DNA of 64,000 nt from an uncultured Candidatus Saccharibacteria bacterium (lineage in GTDB: Bacteria; Patescibacteriota; Minisyncoccia; Phycocordibacterales; UBA9973): positions 5,435-69,434 of the forward strand of contig CAYYXE010000001.1 in NCBI GenBank assembly GCA_964475655.1, given 5' to 3'. The notes below the pieces were generated by a model. The model searched no databases and had not been told where the DNA came from. It worked only from the letters and a program-made list of their open reading frames with translations. The position numbers and the translations under genes are program-made. Position 1 is the stretch's first letter; each line of letters opens with the position of its first letter. Positions 27,677 through 37,706 of the stretch are shown here, in pieces.

Positions 27677-28954
27677 TTAAAAATACTTTTCTGAACATTT
27701 TTTACCATTAACGATAATATGACAGTTATCGAGAGTAATATACTTTTTTAAAACTTCATGTATTTCTTCTGGACTTACGTTTTCCATAAAGTTATACCAA
27801 TCAGTGAAATCTTCTATCAAAGGGGTATCCTCAGGATATAAGTCAGAAAATTCATTTACAAAGTTTCTTGATGTTTGAATCTCTCGTATATCTGAAAACC
27901 ATTCCGTAACAAGTTTATCACGGTATTCTTTTTGAGATATTCCCTCTGAAAGAAGTTCTGTATAGCATTCAAAGATCGAATCAAGCAACAGGTCTGTTTT
28001 TTCGGGAGCAGTACCTGCAGTAGTCCCAGTGTACATCAAATGGTTAAGTGCAATTCTGGGAGAACCTAGACCATATACCAAGCCACGTTCATTCCGAAGT
28101 TTTTTGTAAAACCTTGAAGATAAACCGTCATGTGCATACTCTAGAGCAAATCTAAGAATAATACTCTCTCTCGAAGCTAAAACTGGTCCATCAAACCCAA
28201 CTACTACTCTTGTTTGCTCAAGATTCTGTTCAAGAAAAATTCTTGAACCCGAAGCAATCCGCTTGGGAGGGTCTGGGAGAAATTTTTTAATACCACACAA
28301 GAAATTGATATCTGAAAATGTTTTTTTGACATCGTCTACAGTACATCCACCAGCTATAACAAGTAGCATATTTTCAACAGTACAATGAGATCTAAAAAAA
28401 TTTTCAACGTTGATTGGCAACATAGCTACTATTGATTCTTTTGTACCCAAATTTGAATTACTCCAATTGGTACCATTTCCCCAAATAGACGCAAAAGAGA
28501 GACTTGAAATATACTCAGATTTCGAAAGATTTTGAAGTAACTCAGAAGTTATCACACCGATTTCTTTTTGATGTGACTGGGGAGTTATATATAATCCTGA
28601 CAAAGCTTCAGAGTAGTATTCTTTCATATTACTCATATGTTCAGGTATCGCCACTTCACATTCAATAGACATTTGGTCACGACCTGTGCGTGCGTTTGAG
28701 TGTCCACCGATTGAATCTATTATTCCTGCAAATGCTTCCTTTGTAGGATATTTGTTTGATCCAGATACAATAACGTGTTCTGTAAAGTGCGCCAGGCCAC
28801 TATCTCCATCATTAAATACAGATCCTGCACGCATGAGAATATTGGCAAAAATAGGACCGGAGGATCTTTGGATAAAAACAACCTTCAATCCATTTTCTAA
28901 TACGAGCTCGTGCTTCGTAACACCAAAATCATCGAGTGAATAGTTTCTTTTCAT
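27677..28954 (-). CDS. M16 family zinc peptidase (AT-rich)
   Basis: LENGL, GLAHFTEH (HxxEH), NART and SSRFYKKLRNERGLVY; promoter TTGCTT-16-TATTAT. Confidence 0.9.
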   Translation of the reverse strand: MKRNYSLDDFGVTKHELVLENGLKVVFIQRSSGPIFANILMRAGSVFNDGDSGLAHFTEHVIVSGSNKYPTKEAFAGIIDSIGGHSNARTGRDQMSIECEVAIPEHMSNMKEYYSEALSGLYITPQSHQKEIGVITSELLQNLSKSEYISSLSFASIWGNGTNWSNSNLGTKESIVAMLPINVENFFRSHCTVENMLLVIAGGCTVDDVKKTFSDINFLCGIKKFLPDPPKRIASGSRIFLEQNLEQTRVVVGFDGPVLASRESIILRFALEYAHDGLSSRFYKKLRNERGLVYGLGSPRIALNHLMYTGTTAGTAPEKTDLLLDSIFECYTELLSEGISQKEYRDKLVTEWFSDIREIQTSRNFVNEFSDLYPEDTPLIEDFTDWYNFMENVSPEEIHEVLKKYITLDNCHIIVNGKKCSEKYF

Positions 28955-29022
28955 TATTTAAGTTTTTAACGTTTTACAAAATTGTTTATTAAAATAATAA
29001 CATAAATTTATTAAAAAGCAAA

Positions 29023-29601
29023 TTAAGATTTTTGGGCTATGAAATGAAACACATGCCAGTGTTTCGGGGTACCTACAGCAGTAGTTCCGTCTTTTTCTTC
29101 TTCTACAAATTCAATAAGTTCGAGATCTGACAGCATGTTTTGAGCTTCTTCTTTGGTTTGAAATGCAAGAGCTGCATCCGGTGTATTCCACTGGTCTCGA
29201 TCCCCAAATAATTGTCCAACAAATATCCCTTCTCGCTTTAGAGACACAACACAATTTTTCATAAATGCAGCAAAGCCGTCTTTTCCATAAAACGGAAGTG
29301 CGTATTGAGCATTAATAAGGTCATACGTATTGGGTACAAGTGTAAAATCTTGAAATGGTACATTTGCTAATGTAAATTTTGCAGAAGTAATACACATCGC
29401 AAATTCTTTGGATTGTGGTGAGCTATCGACTGCCGTCACCTGGTCAAAGCCTGCTTCCAAAAGATACTTTGATTCGATTAGTGTTCCGGCGCCAAGATCG
29501 AGAGCAGAGTTTCTATCTGGACAAATTTCAACAGCACGAACAAGTTGTTCTCGAGGCTTACGAGTTGCGTGTACTTTTGCGTATGTTTCCCAGTTTGCCA
29601 T
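29023..29601 (-). CDS. Class I SAM-dependent methyltransferase
   Basis: ALDLGAG motif I, GQLFGDRD and KHWHVFH. Confidence 0.88.
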   Translation of the reverse strand: MANWETYAKVHATRKPREQLVRAVEICPDRNSALDLGAGTLIESKYLLEAGFDQVTAVDSSPQSKEFAMCITSAKFTLANVPFQDFTLVPNTYDLINAQYALPFYGKDGFAAFMKNCVVSLKREGIFVGQLFGDRDQWNTPDAALAFQTKEEAQNMLSDLELIEFVEEEKDGTTAVGTPKHWHVFHFIAQKS

Positions 29602-29605
29602 ATGT

Positions 29606-31408
29606 TTACGCCATTAAGATCTGATTCTTAATCAATTTCTGATATTCTTTATTTTTCTTTTCAAGCTCAGCATGGGTTCCCTGTCCGACGATCTTACCTT
29701 CTGATACGACAAAGATAATATCAGCATCCATTACGGTGGAAAGTCGATGTGCAATGATAATCGTGGTGCGACCAGCTGCTGATCGGTTGATCGCATCATG
29801 GATGAGCTTCTCATTGATCGAGTCGAGTGCTGAGGTTGCCTCGTCAAAGATGAGGATCTTGGGGTCTTTGATAAGTGCTCGTGCGATGCCGATGCGTTGA
29901 CGTTCTCCACCTGAGACTTTGATACCACCTTCACCTATCACAGTGTCGAGTCCGTGATCTTTGAGCTTGACGACAAAGTCAGTAAGCGATGCATCCTCGA
30001 CTGCTTTTTGAAGTTTCTCTTCACTTACTTCTACCCCCGAAGGAATTCCAAACAATATGTTGTCTCTGATACTTCGGTCAAAGAGTTCAATCTTTTGTTC
30101 GACGTTGCCGATCTGAGAGCGAAGCCAGTGAAGGTCAAGCTCCTTGAGTGGCTCGCCATCAATCAAGATCTCACCTTCTGTGGCGTCATAATAGCGACGC
30201 ATAAGGTTTACGATAGTACTCTTGCCAGATCCAGATACACCGACAAATCCCACTTTTGCTCCGGGAGGGATTTTGAAACTTACCTCTGCAATCGTATGCT
30301 CAAGTTCATTTCCATCTGATTCTTCTTCATTTTCAATTTGCTGCGCTGATTGCCGGTATGGGTATGCGAAGCTTACCTTCTTGAATTCAATTTCACCTTT
30401 GAGCTCAGAGATAGTCTTGCCACCGATGTTGGGATTTATATCTGGTTCTATATCAAGAAGATCAAAATACTTTTTAATTTCAACTGTTTGGAACATTAGT
30501 CGACGCTGTGTATTCATAATATTATTGATATTGTCAAAAATTGATCCTGTCCATGCGTAAAATGTTACAAACATACCGACTGAGTGATATCCCTTAAAAA
30601 TAAAATAAATACCGACACCTAATGTTAGATATCTTCCGAGAAGAAGAATAATTTTGGAGCCATAGTATTCTTTTATATATGTGAGCCATGTTTTAATTGT
30701 AAAATCAGTAACTTTTTCGTACGCTATTTCGAAATCGCTCACTGTTTTATCTTCCTGTGCTTCTGCAATAACAAGCGTTGAATTTCTAAAAAGTTCTGAC
30801 TGCAACTTTGATTGCGATTGGTTCTTTTTACGCACTTCGTCCACTCGAGGGTAGTATCGAATATTTCGGTTGTATGCAATAAGTATGTGGAGCAATACAA
30901 ATATAAATGCTACTAATCCAGCTTTCCAATCAAATATAAAAAGAATGACAAATGTTACCAAAATCTGAATACCTGTTTGGAGCAGATCATAAATAAACAT
31001 ATTTACTGTATTGATCAGTGAATTCTGTCCTTTATTAACTATGGTCTGCTTCACACCTGAGTGTTCGTTGATGTGTTGACCTATCGAGAATTGAAACATT
31101 CTCTTGAGTGAGATCACAGAGAGTGCCTTATCGATATTTGCGTCGAGTTTTTTGATGTCAATGTATTCTTTGATATACCAGACAACCTGCTGCTGCAAAA
31201 TTGCAATGCCAAATGATGTGGCTAAAAAGATAATAGTGAGCCGAGCATCTCCTTTAATGATTGCATCAACACCCTTTCCAAATAAATATGGAGTAAATGT
31301 TGCAAATACCTGAACAATAGCAATTAAAGCTGCTGTAATAATGAAATATTTCCAAAAAGGTTTAAAAAATTGTATTGTTCTGTGCAAAAAACTTTTCTTT
31401 TTATTCAT
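29606..31408 (-). CDS. ABC exporter, fused TMD-NBD
   Basis: GVSGSGKST, VSGGERQR, IFDEATSALD and IAHRLST motifs. Confidence 0.95.
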   Translation of the reverse strand: MNKKKSFLHRTIQFFKPFWKYFIITAALIAIVQVFATFTPYLFGKGVDAIIKGDARLTIIFLATSFGIAILQQQVVWYIKEYIDIKKLDANIDKALSVISLKRMFQFSIGQHINEHSGVKQTIVNKGQNSLINTVNMFIYDLLQTGIQILVTFVILFIFDWKAGLVAFIFVLLHILIAYNRNIRYYPRVDEVRKKNQSQSKLQSELFRNSTLVIAEAQEDKTVSDFEIAYEKVTDFTIKTWLTYIKEYYGSKIILLLGRYLTLGVGIYFIFKGYHSVGMFVTFYAWTGSIFDNINNIMNTQRRLMFQTVEIKKYFDLLDIEPDINPNIGGKTISELKGEIEFKKVSFAYPYRQSAQQIENEEESDGNELEHTIAEVSFKIPPGAKVGFVGVSGSGKSTIVNLMRRYYDATEGEILIDGEPLKELDLHWLRSQIGNVEQKIELFDRSIRDNILFGIPSGVEVSEEKLQKAVEDASLTDFVVKLKDHGLDTVIGEGGIKVSGGERQRIGIARALIKDPKILIFDEATSALDSINEKLIHDAINRSAAGRTTIIIAHRLSTVMDADIIFVVSEGKIVGQGTHAELEKKNKEYQKLIKNQILMA

Positions 31409-31411
31409 GTT

Positions 31412-32380
31412 TTATTCTGTAAGCCCTACCACCTCATACACATCCGTCAGCTTCTTCATTGCGATCTCATTCGCCTTCATCGCGCCCTGAAGCAGTATTT
31501 CTTGTACAAGCTTGGGATCATCTTCATACTTTTTGCGGCGTTCGCGCATGGGGGTGACGAAGGAGATGATGTCCGCTATGAGCATCTTTTTGGCATCGCC
31601 ATAGCCGAGGCCTTGTCGATACTGCGATTTGAGTTCGTCAGATGAGTTGAAGAGTTTGTGGATCTGGTAGAGCACCATGTCGTCGGGGTTCTTTTCTTCA
31701 TCTTTGCCTCGAGAGTCAGTCGGGATACTCATGACAGCCTTTGTGATTTCCTCGTCAGTACCAAAGAGTGGAATCGTGTTGCTGTAACTTTTGCTCATCT
31801 TTTGTCCATCGGTACCGGGGACTGTCGCAACTTCTTCCATAATGAGTTCGTTTGGAAGTTTGAAAAGCTCAGCGTATTGGAAGTTGAACTTCCCTGCGAT
31901 GTCGCGCGTGTATTCGATGTGCTGCTTTTGGTCTTTGCCGACCGGTACGACGTCTGCATCGTAGAGCAAAATATCGGCAGACATGAGCACTGGGTAGTTG
32001 AAGAGTCCCATGCCTGGCTCGATGTCTTTGGCGACAGCGTCTTTGTAGGCATGCGCTCGCATCATAAATGGTACCGTGACGAGCGTATCAAATATCCAGG
32101 TGAGCTGCGTGTGTGCAGGCACGGCGGATTGCTTAAACAATGTCACCTTGGCAAGATCAAGGCCGATGCCGAGATAGTCGAGGACGAGATCATACGAGAG
32201 CTTCTTCATTTCCTCGGCGTCTTGGATGGTATTGAGCGCATGGAGATCTGCAAGAAAGATAAATGTTTCGTATTCATCCTGGAGATCGACAAATTGCTTC
32301 ATTGCGCCAAAGTAATTGCCGATATGCGGACGACCGGTTGGTTTGACACCTGAAACAAGGCGCTTTTTTGTGGAAGACAT
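31412..32380 (-). CDS. trpS: Tryptophan-tRNA ligase
   Basis: HIGN, YPVLMSADIL, VPVGKDQ and KMSKS motifs. Confidence 0.97.
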   Translation of the reverse strand: MSSTKKRLVSGVKPTGRPHIGNYFGAMKQFVDLQDEYETFIFLADLHALNTIQDAEEMKKLSYDLVLDYLGIGLDLAKVTLFKQSAVPAHTQLTWIFDTLVTVPFMMRAHAYKDAVAKDIEPGMGLFNYPVLMSADILLYDADVVPVGKDQKQHIEYTRDIAGKFNFQYAELFKLPNELIMEEVATVPGTDGQKMSKSYSNTIPLFGTDEEITKAVMSIPTDSRGKDEEKNPDDMVLYQIHKLFNSSDELKSQYRQGLGYGDAKKMLIADIISFVTPMRERRKKYEDDPKLVQEILLQGAMKANEIAMKKLTDVYEVVGLTE

Positions 32381-32464
32381 GTGGATATAGTATCAAAAAT
32401 AAGGCTCAAATGCCACGTTTCTGTGCATTTCGTCCCGCGTGTGCCGGGTGCTACAATCAATCCT

Positions 32465-33847
32465 ATGAATAAGCCTCAAGGCCTCGCCAACCTCCGCGTC
32501 CCACCTCACTCGCTCGAAAGCGAGCAGGCAGTGCTCGGTGCGCTCATGCTCCGCCCCGCTGCAATCCACGAGATCGTCGACCTCCTTACGCCAGATATGT
32601 TTTATGCCAAGAAGCATTCGATTATCTTTAAGACGATCCTTGAGCTTTCGATGAAAAACGAACCGATCGATGTCCTCTCGCTTGCAAACTCCCTCAAAGA
32701 AAAGAAAGACCTCGCGGGCATCGGCGGCAACACGTATCTCAATGAGCTCATGAGCAATGTCCCTTCGACGGTCAACATCCGCCACTACGCCGATATCGTC
32801 TACAAGAAATTCATTTTGCGAAGCTTGATCGATGCATCTGAGTCTATCGCCACGCTTTCGTACGAAGAAAACGAGCTTCCTGCAGCCGAGATCCTCGATG
32901 CTGCCGAGAAAAGCATCTTTCGTATTTCTTCGACTATGAATACCAAAAATGCCTTTGTATCGATCAAGCAGTCGCTCATGGACACCGTCGAGCAGATCGA
33001 GCACCTTCGCGAACACAAAGATGAGATCCGCGGCGTACCAACGGGCTTCCCTGATCTCGACAACCTCCTTGCCGGCCTGCAAAAAAGCGACCTTATCATC
33101 CTTGCGGCGCGACCAAGTATGGGTAAGACGACGTTTGCGCTCGATATTGTGCGCAATGTTGCGCTCTCAGGCACACCTGTGGGCATCTTTTCACTTGAAA
33201 TGTCATCGCAGCAGCTCGTGCAGCGCATGCTCTCTGCAGAAAGTCGTGTCGATGCATGGGCGATCCGTACCGGACACGGCCTTACCAACGCTCACTTCAC
33301 CACACTCCAAGAAGCAGCAAGTAGACTGCAAAAGGCGCCGATCTATATCGATGACCAAGCTGGCAACTCCATTGTCAAAATGCGCTCTGTCGCACGCCGC
33401 CTCAAAGCCGAACACGGTCTCGGACTCATCGTCGTCGACTACCTCCAACTCATGACGACTAGCAAAAACTACGACAACATGGTCAACCAAGTCACCGAAA
33501 TCTCTCGCTCGCTCAAGCAGCTTGCCCGCGAGCTCGACGTGCCCGTGCTTGCACTCTCCCAGCTCTCTCGTGCCGTCGAAAGCCGTGGCGGCAAACCTCG
33601 CCTTTCCGACCTTCGTGACTCAGGATCTATCGAGCAAGACGCTGATCTCGTGATGTTTATCCATCGCGAAGATAGATTTAAGGATGAAAAGGACTTCATC
33701 ACCGACATCCTGATCGAAAAGCACCGCAATGGTGCAGTCGGATCGGTGCAGCTTCTTTTTGATGCCAAGACGACGTCATTTATCTCCATCGACAAGGCAC
33801 ACGCGCAAGGATTGGTCAGCAAGCCCACAACATTTGACGACTTTTAA
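32465..33847 (+). CDS. dnaB: Replicative DNA helicase
   Basis: PPHSLESEQ, AARPSMGKT, VVDYLQL and DLRDSGSIEQDAD motifs; no intein. Confidence 0.97.
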   Translation: MNKPQGLANLRVPPHSLESEQAVLGALMLRPAAIHEIVDLLTPDMFYAKKHSIIFKTILELSMKNEPIDVLSLANSLKEKKDLAGIGGNTYLNELMSNVPSTVNIRHYADIVYKKFILRSLIDASESIATLSYEENELPAAEILDAAEKSIFRISSTMNTKNAFVSIKQSLMDTVEQIEHLREHKDEIRGVPTGFPDLDNLLAGLQKSDLIILAARPSMGKTTFALDIVRNVALSGTPVGIFSLEMSSQQLVQRMLSAESRVDAWAIRTGHGLTNAHFTTLQEAASRLQKAPIYIDDQAGNSIVKMRSVARRLKAEHGLGLIVVDYLQLMTTSKNYDNMVNQVTEISRSLKQLARELDVPVLALSQLSRAVESRGGKPRLSDLRDSGSIEQDADLVMFIHREDRFKDEKDFITDILIEKHRNGAVGSVQLLFDAKTTSFISIDKAHAQGLVSKPTTFDDF

Positions 33848-34440
33848 TGGAACGAAATCTTGAACAACTCGCAAACCTCTTTCTCAAATTCCCGGGCATC
33901 GGGAGACGGCAGGCCATGCGCTTTGCGTACTTTATATTGACCCAGCCGGAAAGCTACGTGGCAAGCCTCGCACGCGAGCTCACCAGTGCCCGCAGTCAGG
34001 CACACACCTGTACCAAGTGTCAGCGGATCTTTGAAGGAAATGCCGGACTCTGTGAGATCTGTAGCAATCCATCGCGTGACCAATCCCAGCTTCTCATAGT
34101 GGAAAAAAGTCAGGACATCGATAGCTTCGGCAAGACCGACTACCACGGGCTCTTCTTTGTACTCGGCGGGCTCATCCCGATCGTCCAAAAGAACGTCCTC
34201 GCCGGCACCAACATCGCCCTTCTCAAGGAGCGCGTATCCAAGGAAAGCACCAGTCCCTATGAGGTCATCCTCGCCTTCCCCATCACCCCCAATGGCGAAC
34301 ACACCGATACCGTCGTCCGCGAAATGCTCGCCGTTTACCCGATCTCTATCTCAAGTCTCGGTCGCGGCCTCTCTGCAGGAGCAGAGCTTGAATACGCCGA
34401 TGCAGAGAGTTTGAATGCGTCGCTTAAGAAGAGAGAATAA
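33847..34440 (+). CDS. recR: Recombination mediator RecR
   Basis: PGIGRRQAMR HhH, C4 zinc finger, Toprim domain and ELEYAD. Confidence 0.93.
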   Translation: MERNLEQLANLFLKFPGIGRRQAMRFAYFILTQPESYVASLARELTSARSQAHTCTKCQRIFEGNAGLCEICSNPSRDQSQLLIVEKSQDIDSFGKTDYHGLFFVLGGLIPIVQKNVLAGTNIALLKERVSKESTSPYEVILAFPITPNGEHTDTVVREMLAVYPISISSLGRGLSAGAELEYADAESLNASLKKRE

Positions 34441-34472
34441 AAAAATCCCTTCGTTACTGAAGGGATTTTTTT
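34441..34472. terminator. Bidirectional terminator recR/rplU
   Basis: AAAAATCCCTTC...GAAGGGATTTTT. Confidence 0.8.
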
Positions 34473-34473
34473 A

Positions 34474-34839
34474 TTATATAGAAAGGATCTTTACCTTAAG
34501 GTATGGTTGGCGGTGGCCATTCTTCTTTTGATAGCGGCTTTTTTGCTTGTATTTCAGCACGATGACCTTGGGTGAGCGGCCGACTACGGTGACTTCGCCA
34601 GTTACAGATGCGCCAGCAATGTATGGAGTACCGATCACGGTATCTGCACCGCTGTCAGTGAGGAGTACCTTGTCAAAGGTAACAGAGTCGCCCTTTTTGA
34701 GGCCTTCGATCTTTTCGATCTGGATGGTCTCGCCGACTGTTACCTGGTACTGCTTGCCGCCAGTTGCAATCACTGCAAATCCTTCAGCTTTTGGAGCCTT
34801 GGGAGCTGTCTTTTTGGTTGGTGTGGTCGCGGTTGCCAT
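34474..34839 (-). CDS. rplU: 50S ribosomal protein bL21
   Basis: AVIATGGKQY and GHRQPY motifs. Confidence 0.96.
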   Translation of the reverse strand: MATATTPTKKTAPKAPKAEGFAVIATGGKQYQVTVGETIQIEKIEGLKKGDSVTFDKVLLTDSGADTVIGTPYIAGASVTGEVTVVGRSPKVIVLKYKQKSRYQKKNGHRQPYLKVKILSI

Positions 34840-34947
34840 ATAGGTATTTGAGGCCCTTATTATACTTATTTCCCGCTTGATTGCAAGTCATACCCGCGAA
34901 GTGCTGCTATAGATCAGGGCGAAGAGGGATATGGTATAATAATTTCC

Positions 34948-35856
34948 ATGATTTCACGCTACAGCGCGCATGGGCTTACCTGGATCGACCTCGTATCCCC
35001 TACTGCCGACGAGACTGCGCACATTGCCGAAGAATTTGAGATCCCAAGTCTGGTCAGCCAAGAGCTCATCGACCACACCTTGCGCTCCAAGGTAGACATG
35101 TACCCTAGTTTCCTTTATCTCGTACTCCACTTTCCGCTTATCGACGCAGAAGACAAGGAACAGGAAGTCGACTTCATCGTCGGAGAAAAGTTTATGATCA
35201 CGGTGCGCTATGAGCAGATGCGCGCGATCGACAGCTTTGCAAAGATCTTTGAACGGCACACGCTGGGCACCCAGATGGCGATGACGGCACACGGGACGTT
35301 CTTGTTTATGCAGCTCATTAAGCTCCTCTACCGTTCACTCCTGCATCAGCTCGAGACCATGACCGACGAGCTCAAGCACATCGAGTCACGTATCTTTACC
35401 AACAACCAAGTCTCGATCGTCCGCGATATCTCTCGGGCATCGCGCAAGCTGCTTGACTTCAAGCAGTCCACGAGATTTCATGCAGAAGTCCTCGCCTCTT
35501 ACGAATCTGCAAGCAAGCGACTCTTTGGAGATGAGTACGTCTACTATGGCGAAGTCGTCAACGGCGAATACAAAAAGGTTGCCTCCATTCTCGAAAGTCA
35601 CCGTGACGTAGTCGCCGAGCTCCAGCGTACCAACGACTCACTCCTCTCTACGAAGTCCAACGAAATCATGAAAAACTTCACCATCATGACCTTTGTCATG
35701 CTCCCACTCACGCTCATCACGGGCATCTTTGGGATGAACACCACAAGCGATCTTATCTTTATCAAGTCGATCGATAGCTTCTTCTTTGTGATTGGCGTCA
35801 TGGGCATTACTGGTCTTGTGCTCTTCTTATTCTTCAAGCTTCGTCGCTGGATCTAG
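34948..35856 (+). CDS. corA: CorA family Mg2+ transporter
   Basis: NEIMK, PLTLITGIFGMN signature, two C-terminal TMs. Confidence 0.9.
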   Translation: MISRYSAHGLTWIDLVSPTADETAHIAEEFEIPSLVSQELIDHTLRSKVDMYPSFLYLVLHFPLIDAEDKEQEVDFIVGEKFMITVRYEQMRAIDSFAKIFERHTLGTQMAMTAHGTFLFMQLIKLLYRSLLHQLETMTDELKHIESRIFTNNQVSIVRDISRASRKLLDFKQSTRFHAEVLASYESASKRLFGDEYVYYGEVVNGEYKKVASILESHRDVVAELQRTNDSLLSTKSNEIMKNFTIMTFVMLPLTLITGIFGMNTTSDLIFIKSIDSFFFVIGVMGITGLVLFLFFKLRRWI

Positions 35857-35859
35857 TCT

Positions 35860-37248
35860 ATGTCTCTCAAGCTCTACAACACCAAATCTCGCAGTATTGA
35901 GGAATTCGTCCCGCTCAATGGCAACACCGTCACCATGTATGCCTGTGGTCCGACCGTCTACGACTACACGCACATCGGCCATATGCGCAAATACATTGGA
36001 GATGATATCTTGCGCCGTACACTGACTCTGCTCGGATATGAGGTGAAGCATGTGATGAATATCACTGATGTAGGGCACCTTTCAGATGATGCAGATAACG
36101 GAGATGACAAGCTCGACAAAAAGGCGCGCGCAGAAGGCAAGACTGTCTGGGATATTGCGGCGTTTTATACTGACTACTTCCATACGACGATGCGTGAAGT
36201 AAACGTGCTTTCCCCGACTATTGAATCGAAGGCTACCGAACACGTAGAGCAGATGAAATCGCTTGTGGAGAAGCTGCTCGAAAAGGGCTTCGCGTATGAG
36301 ACCCCACATGCAATCTACTTTGATGTCTCCAAGGACCCACACTACGGTGTGCTCTCAGGACAAAAGATTGCGGAGAAAGAAGTAGCGGTGCGTGACGATG
36401 TAGTAGTAGATCCTGACAAAAAGCACCCAGCAGACTTCTCTCTGTGGTTTAAGCGGGTTGGGCACTTTGCAGATCATGCAATGCATTGGCCAAATCCCAA
36501 AGGAGTAGAACAAGGTGACGGATTTCCTGGATGGCATATCGAGTGCTCGGCGATGGCGATGCACTATCTCGGTGAGACGATCGACATCCATACGGGCGGT
36601 ATCGACCATATCCCTGTGCACCACGAAAACGAAATTGCACAGAGTGAATGCGCGACAGGGCACGACTTTGTGAAGTACTGGGTACACCACGACTTCCTTA
36701 CGGTAGATGGTGTAAAGATGTCCAAAAGTCTCGGAAACTTCTACAACATCGATGACATCATCGCGCGAGGTATCAATCCGCTCGCCACTCGCCTCCTCTT
36801 CATGCAGACAAGCTATCGCAAGCCACTCAATTTCTCTTGGGAAGCACTTGAGACTTCAAACATGCAGCTCAAAAAGCTCTATAAATTTGCATCGCACCAA
36901 AATGATATTGGCGGTATAAGCTCCATGCACAAGGAGCAATTTATTGAGGCACTGAGTGATGATCTTAATACGGCACGCGCTATTGCTGTCGTATGGGATA
37001 CAGTCAATTCTTTTGCACTTCCTGACGAGGTTAAGTGGGCAACACTCCTCTATTTCGACCAAATACTCGGTCTCAAACTCGACACCGTGCCAAAGTTTGC
37101 TATTACCGATGAAGCAAAAAGTCTTGTGCAAAAGCGTGATGAAGCCAAAGCCTCCAAAGATTTTGCGACTTCAGATCAGATCCGCAATGAACTTATTGCA
37201 CTTGGATACGACGTGCTTGATACCGCAGAAGGTACGAGGCTTCAGTAA
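35860..37248 (+). CDS. cysS: Cysteine-tRNA ligase
   Basis: CGPTVY, HIGH, PGWHIECSAM and KMSKSLGN motifs. Confidence 0.97.
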   Translation: MSLKLYNTKSRSIEEFVPLNGNTVTMYACGPTVYDYTHIGHMRKYIGDDILRRTLTLLGYEVKHVMNITDVGHLSDDADNGDDKLDKKARAEGKTVWDIAAFYTDYFHTTMREVNVLSPTIESKATEHVEQMKSLVEKLLEKGFAYETPHAIYFDVSKDPHYGVLSGQKIAEKEVAVRDDVVVDPDKKHPADFSLWFKRVGHFADHAMHWPNPKGVEQGDGFPGWHIECSAMAMHYLGETIDIHTGGIDHIPVHHENEIAQSECATGHDFVKYWVHHDFLTVDGVKMSKSLGNFYNIDDIIARGINPLATRLLFMQTSYRKPLNFSWEALETSNMQLKKLYKFASHQNDIGGISSMHKEQFIEALSDDLNTARAIAVVWDTVNSFALPDEVKWATLLYFDQILGLKLDTVPKFAITDEAKSLVQKRDEAKASKDFATSDQIRNELIALGYDVLDTAEGTRLQ

Positions 37249-37279
37249 AAATTGAATTTGAACCTGCTATACTTGAGCG

Positions 37280-37693
37280 GTGAAAACACTAACTCCTCGA
37301 GAGCAGTTCATGATGTTCTCAAATCTCTTTCTCATACTTCCTGTTATATCTGCCGCACAGTATCATGAGTGGTTATACTGTTTCTTTGCGAGTGGATTAT
37401 TTATATTCTCGCCACTTTTTCACTGGTATAGAATCAGTGATACTTCATCAATATATTTTCGTGTATTCAAAAAAGCTGATTGGATATTTGCGATTGGCGC
37501 ATTTCTGTATATGTACTATTACATCTATGCCTTTATTTCTGGAAGACAACAACTCGCTTTATTTATACTTCTCACGCTTGTTGTATGGTTCTTCTGGTAT
37601 GGATGGAGACGTGGTGAATATGACACATGGCACCCATGGTTTCATATCGTTGCCCCGATTGTATCATCAGTTATTCTTATCGTTGCGAATTAG
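37280..37693 (+). CDS. Hypothetical multi-TM membrane protein
   Basis: GTG start after TGCTATACT; S..FH, D and HPWFH pattern suggests a CREST-like fold (tentative). Confidence 0.7.
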   Translation: MKTLTPREQFMMFSNLFLILPVISAAQYHEWLYCFFASGLFIFSPLFHWYRISDTSSIYFRVFKKADWIFAIGAFLYMYYYIYAFISGRQQLALFILLTLVVWFFWYGWRRGEYDTWHPWFHIVAPIVSSVILIVAN

Positions 37694-37706
37694 ACTAATA
37701 CCCTTA

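Noticed and set aside
32465-33847. Intein in dnaB
   Set aside because: Normal length with contiguous motifs
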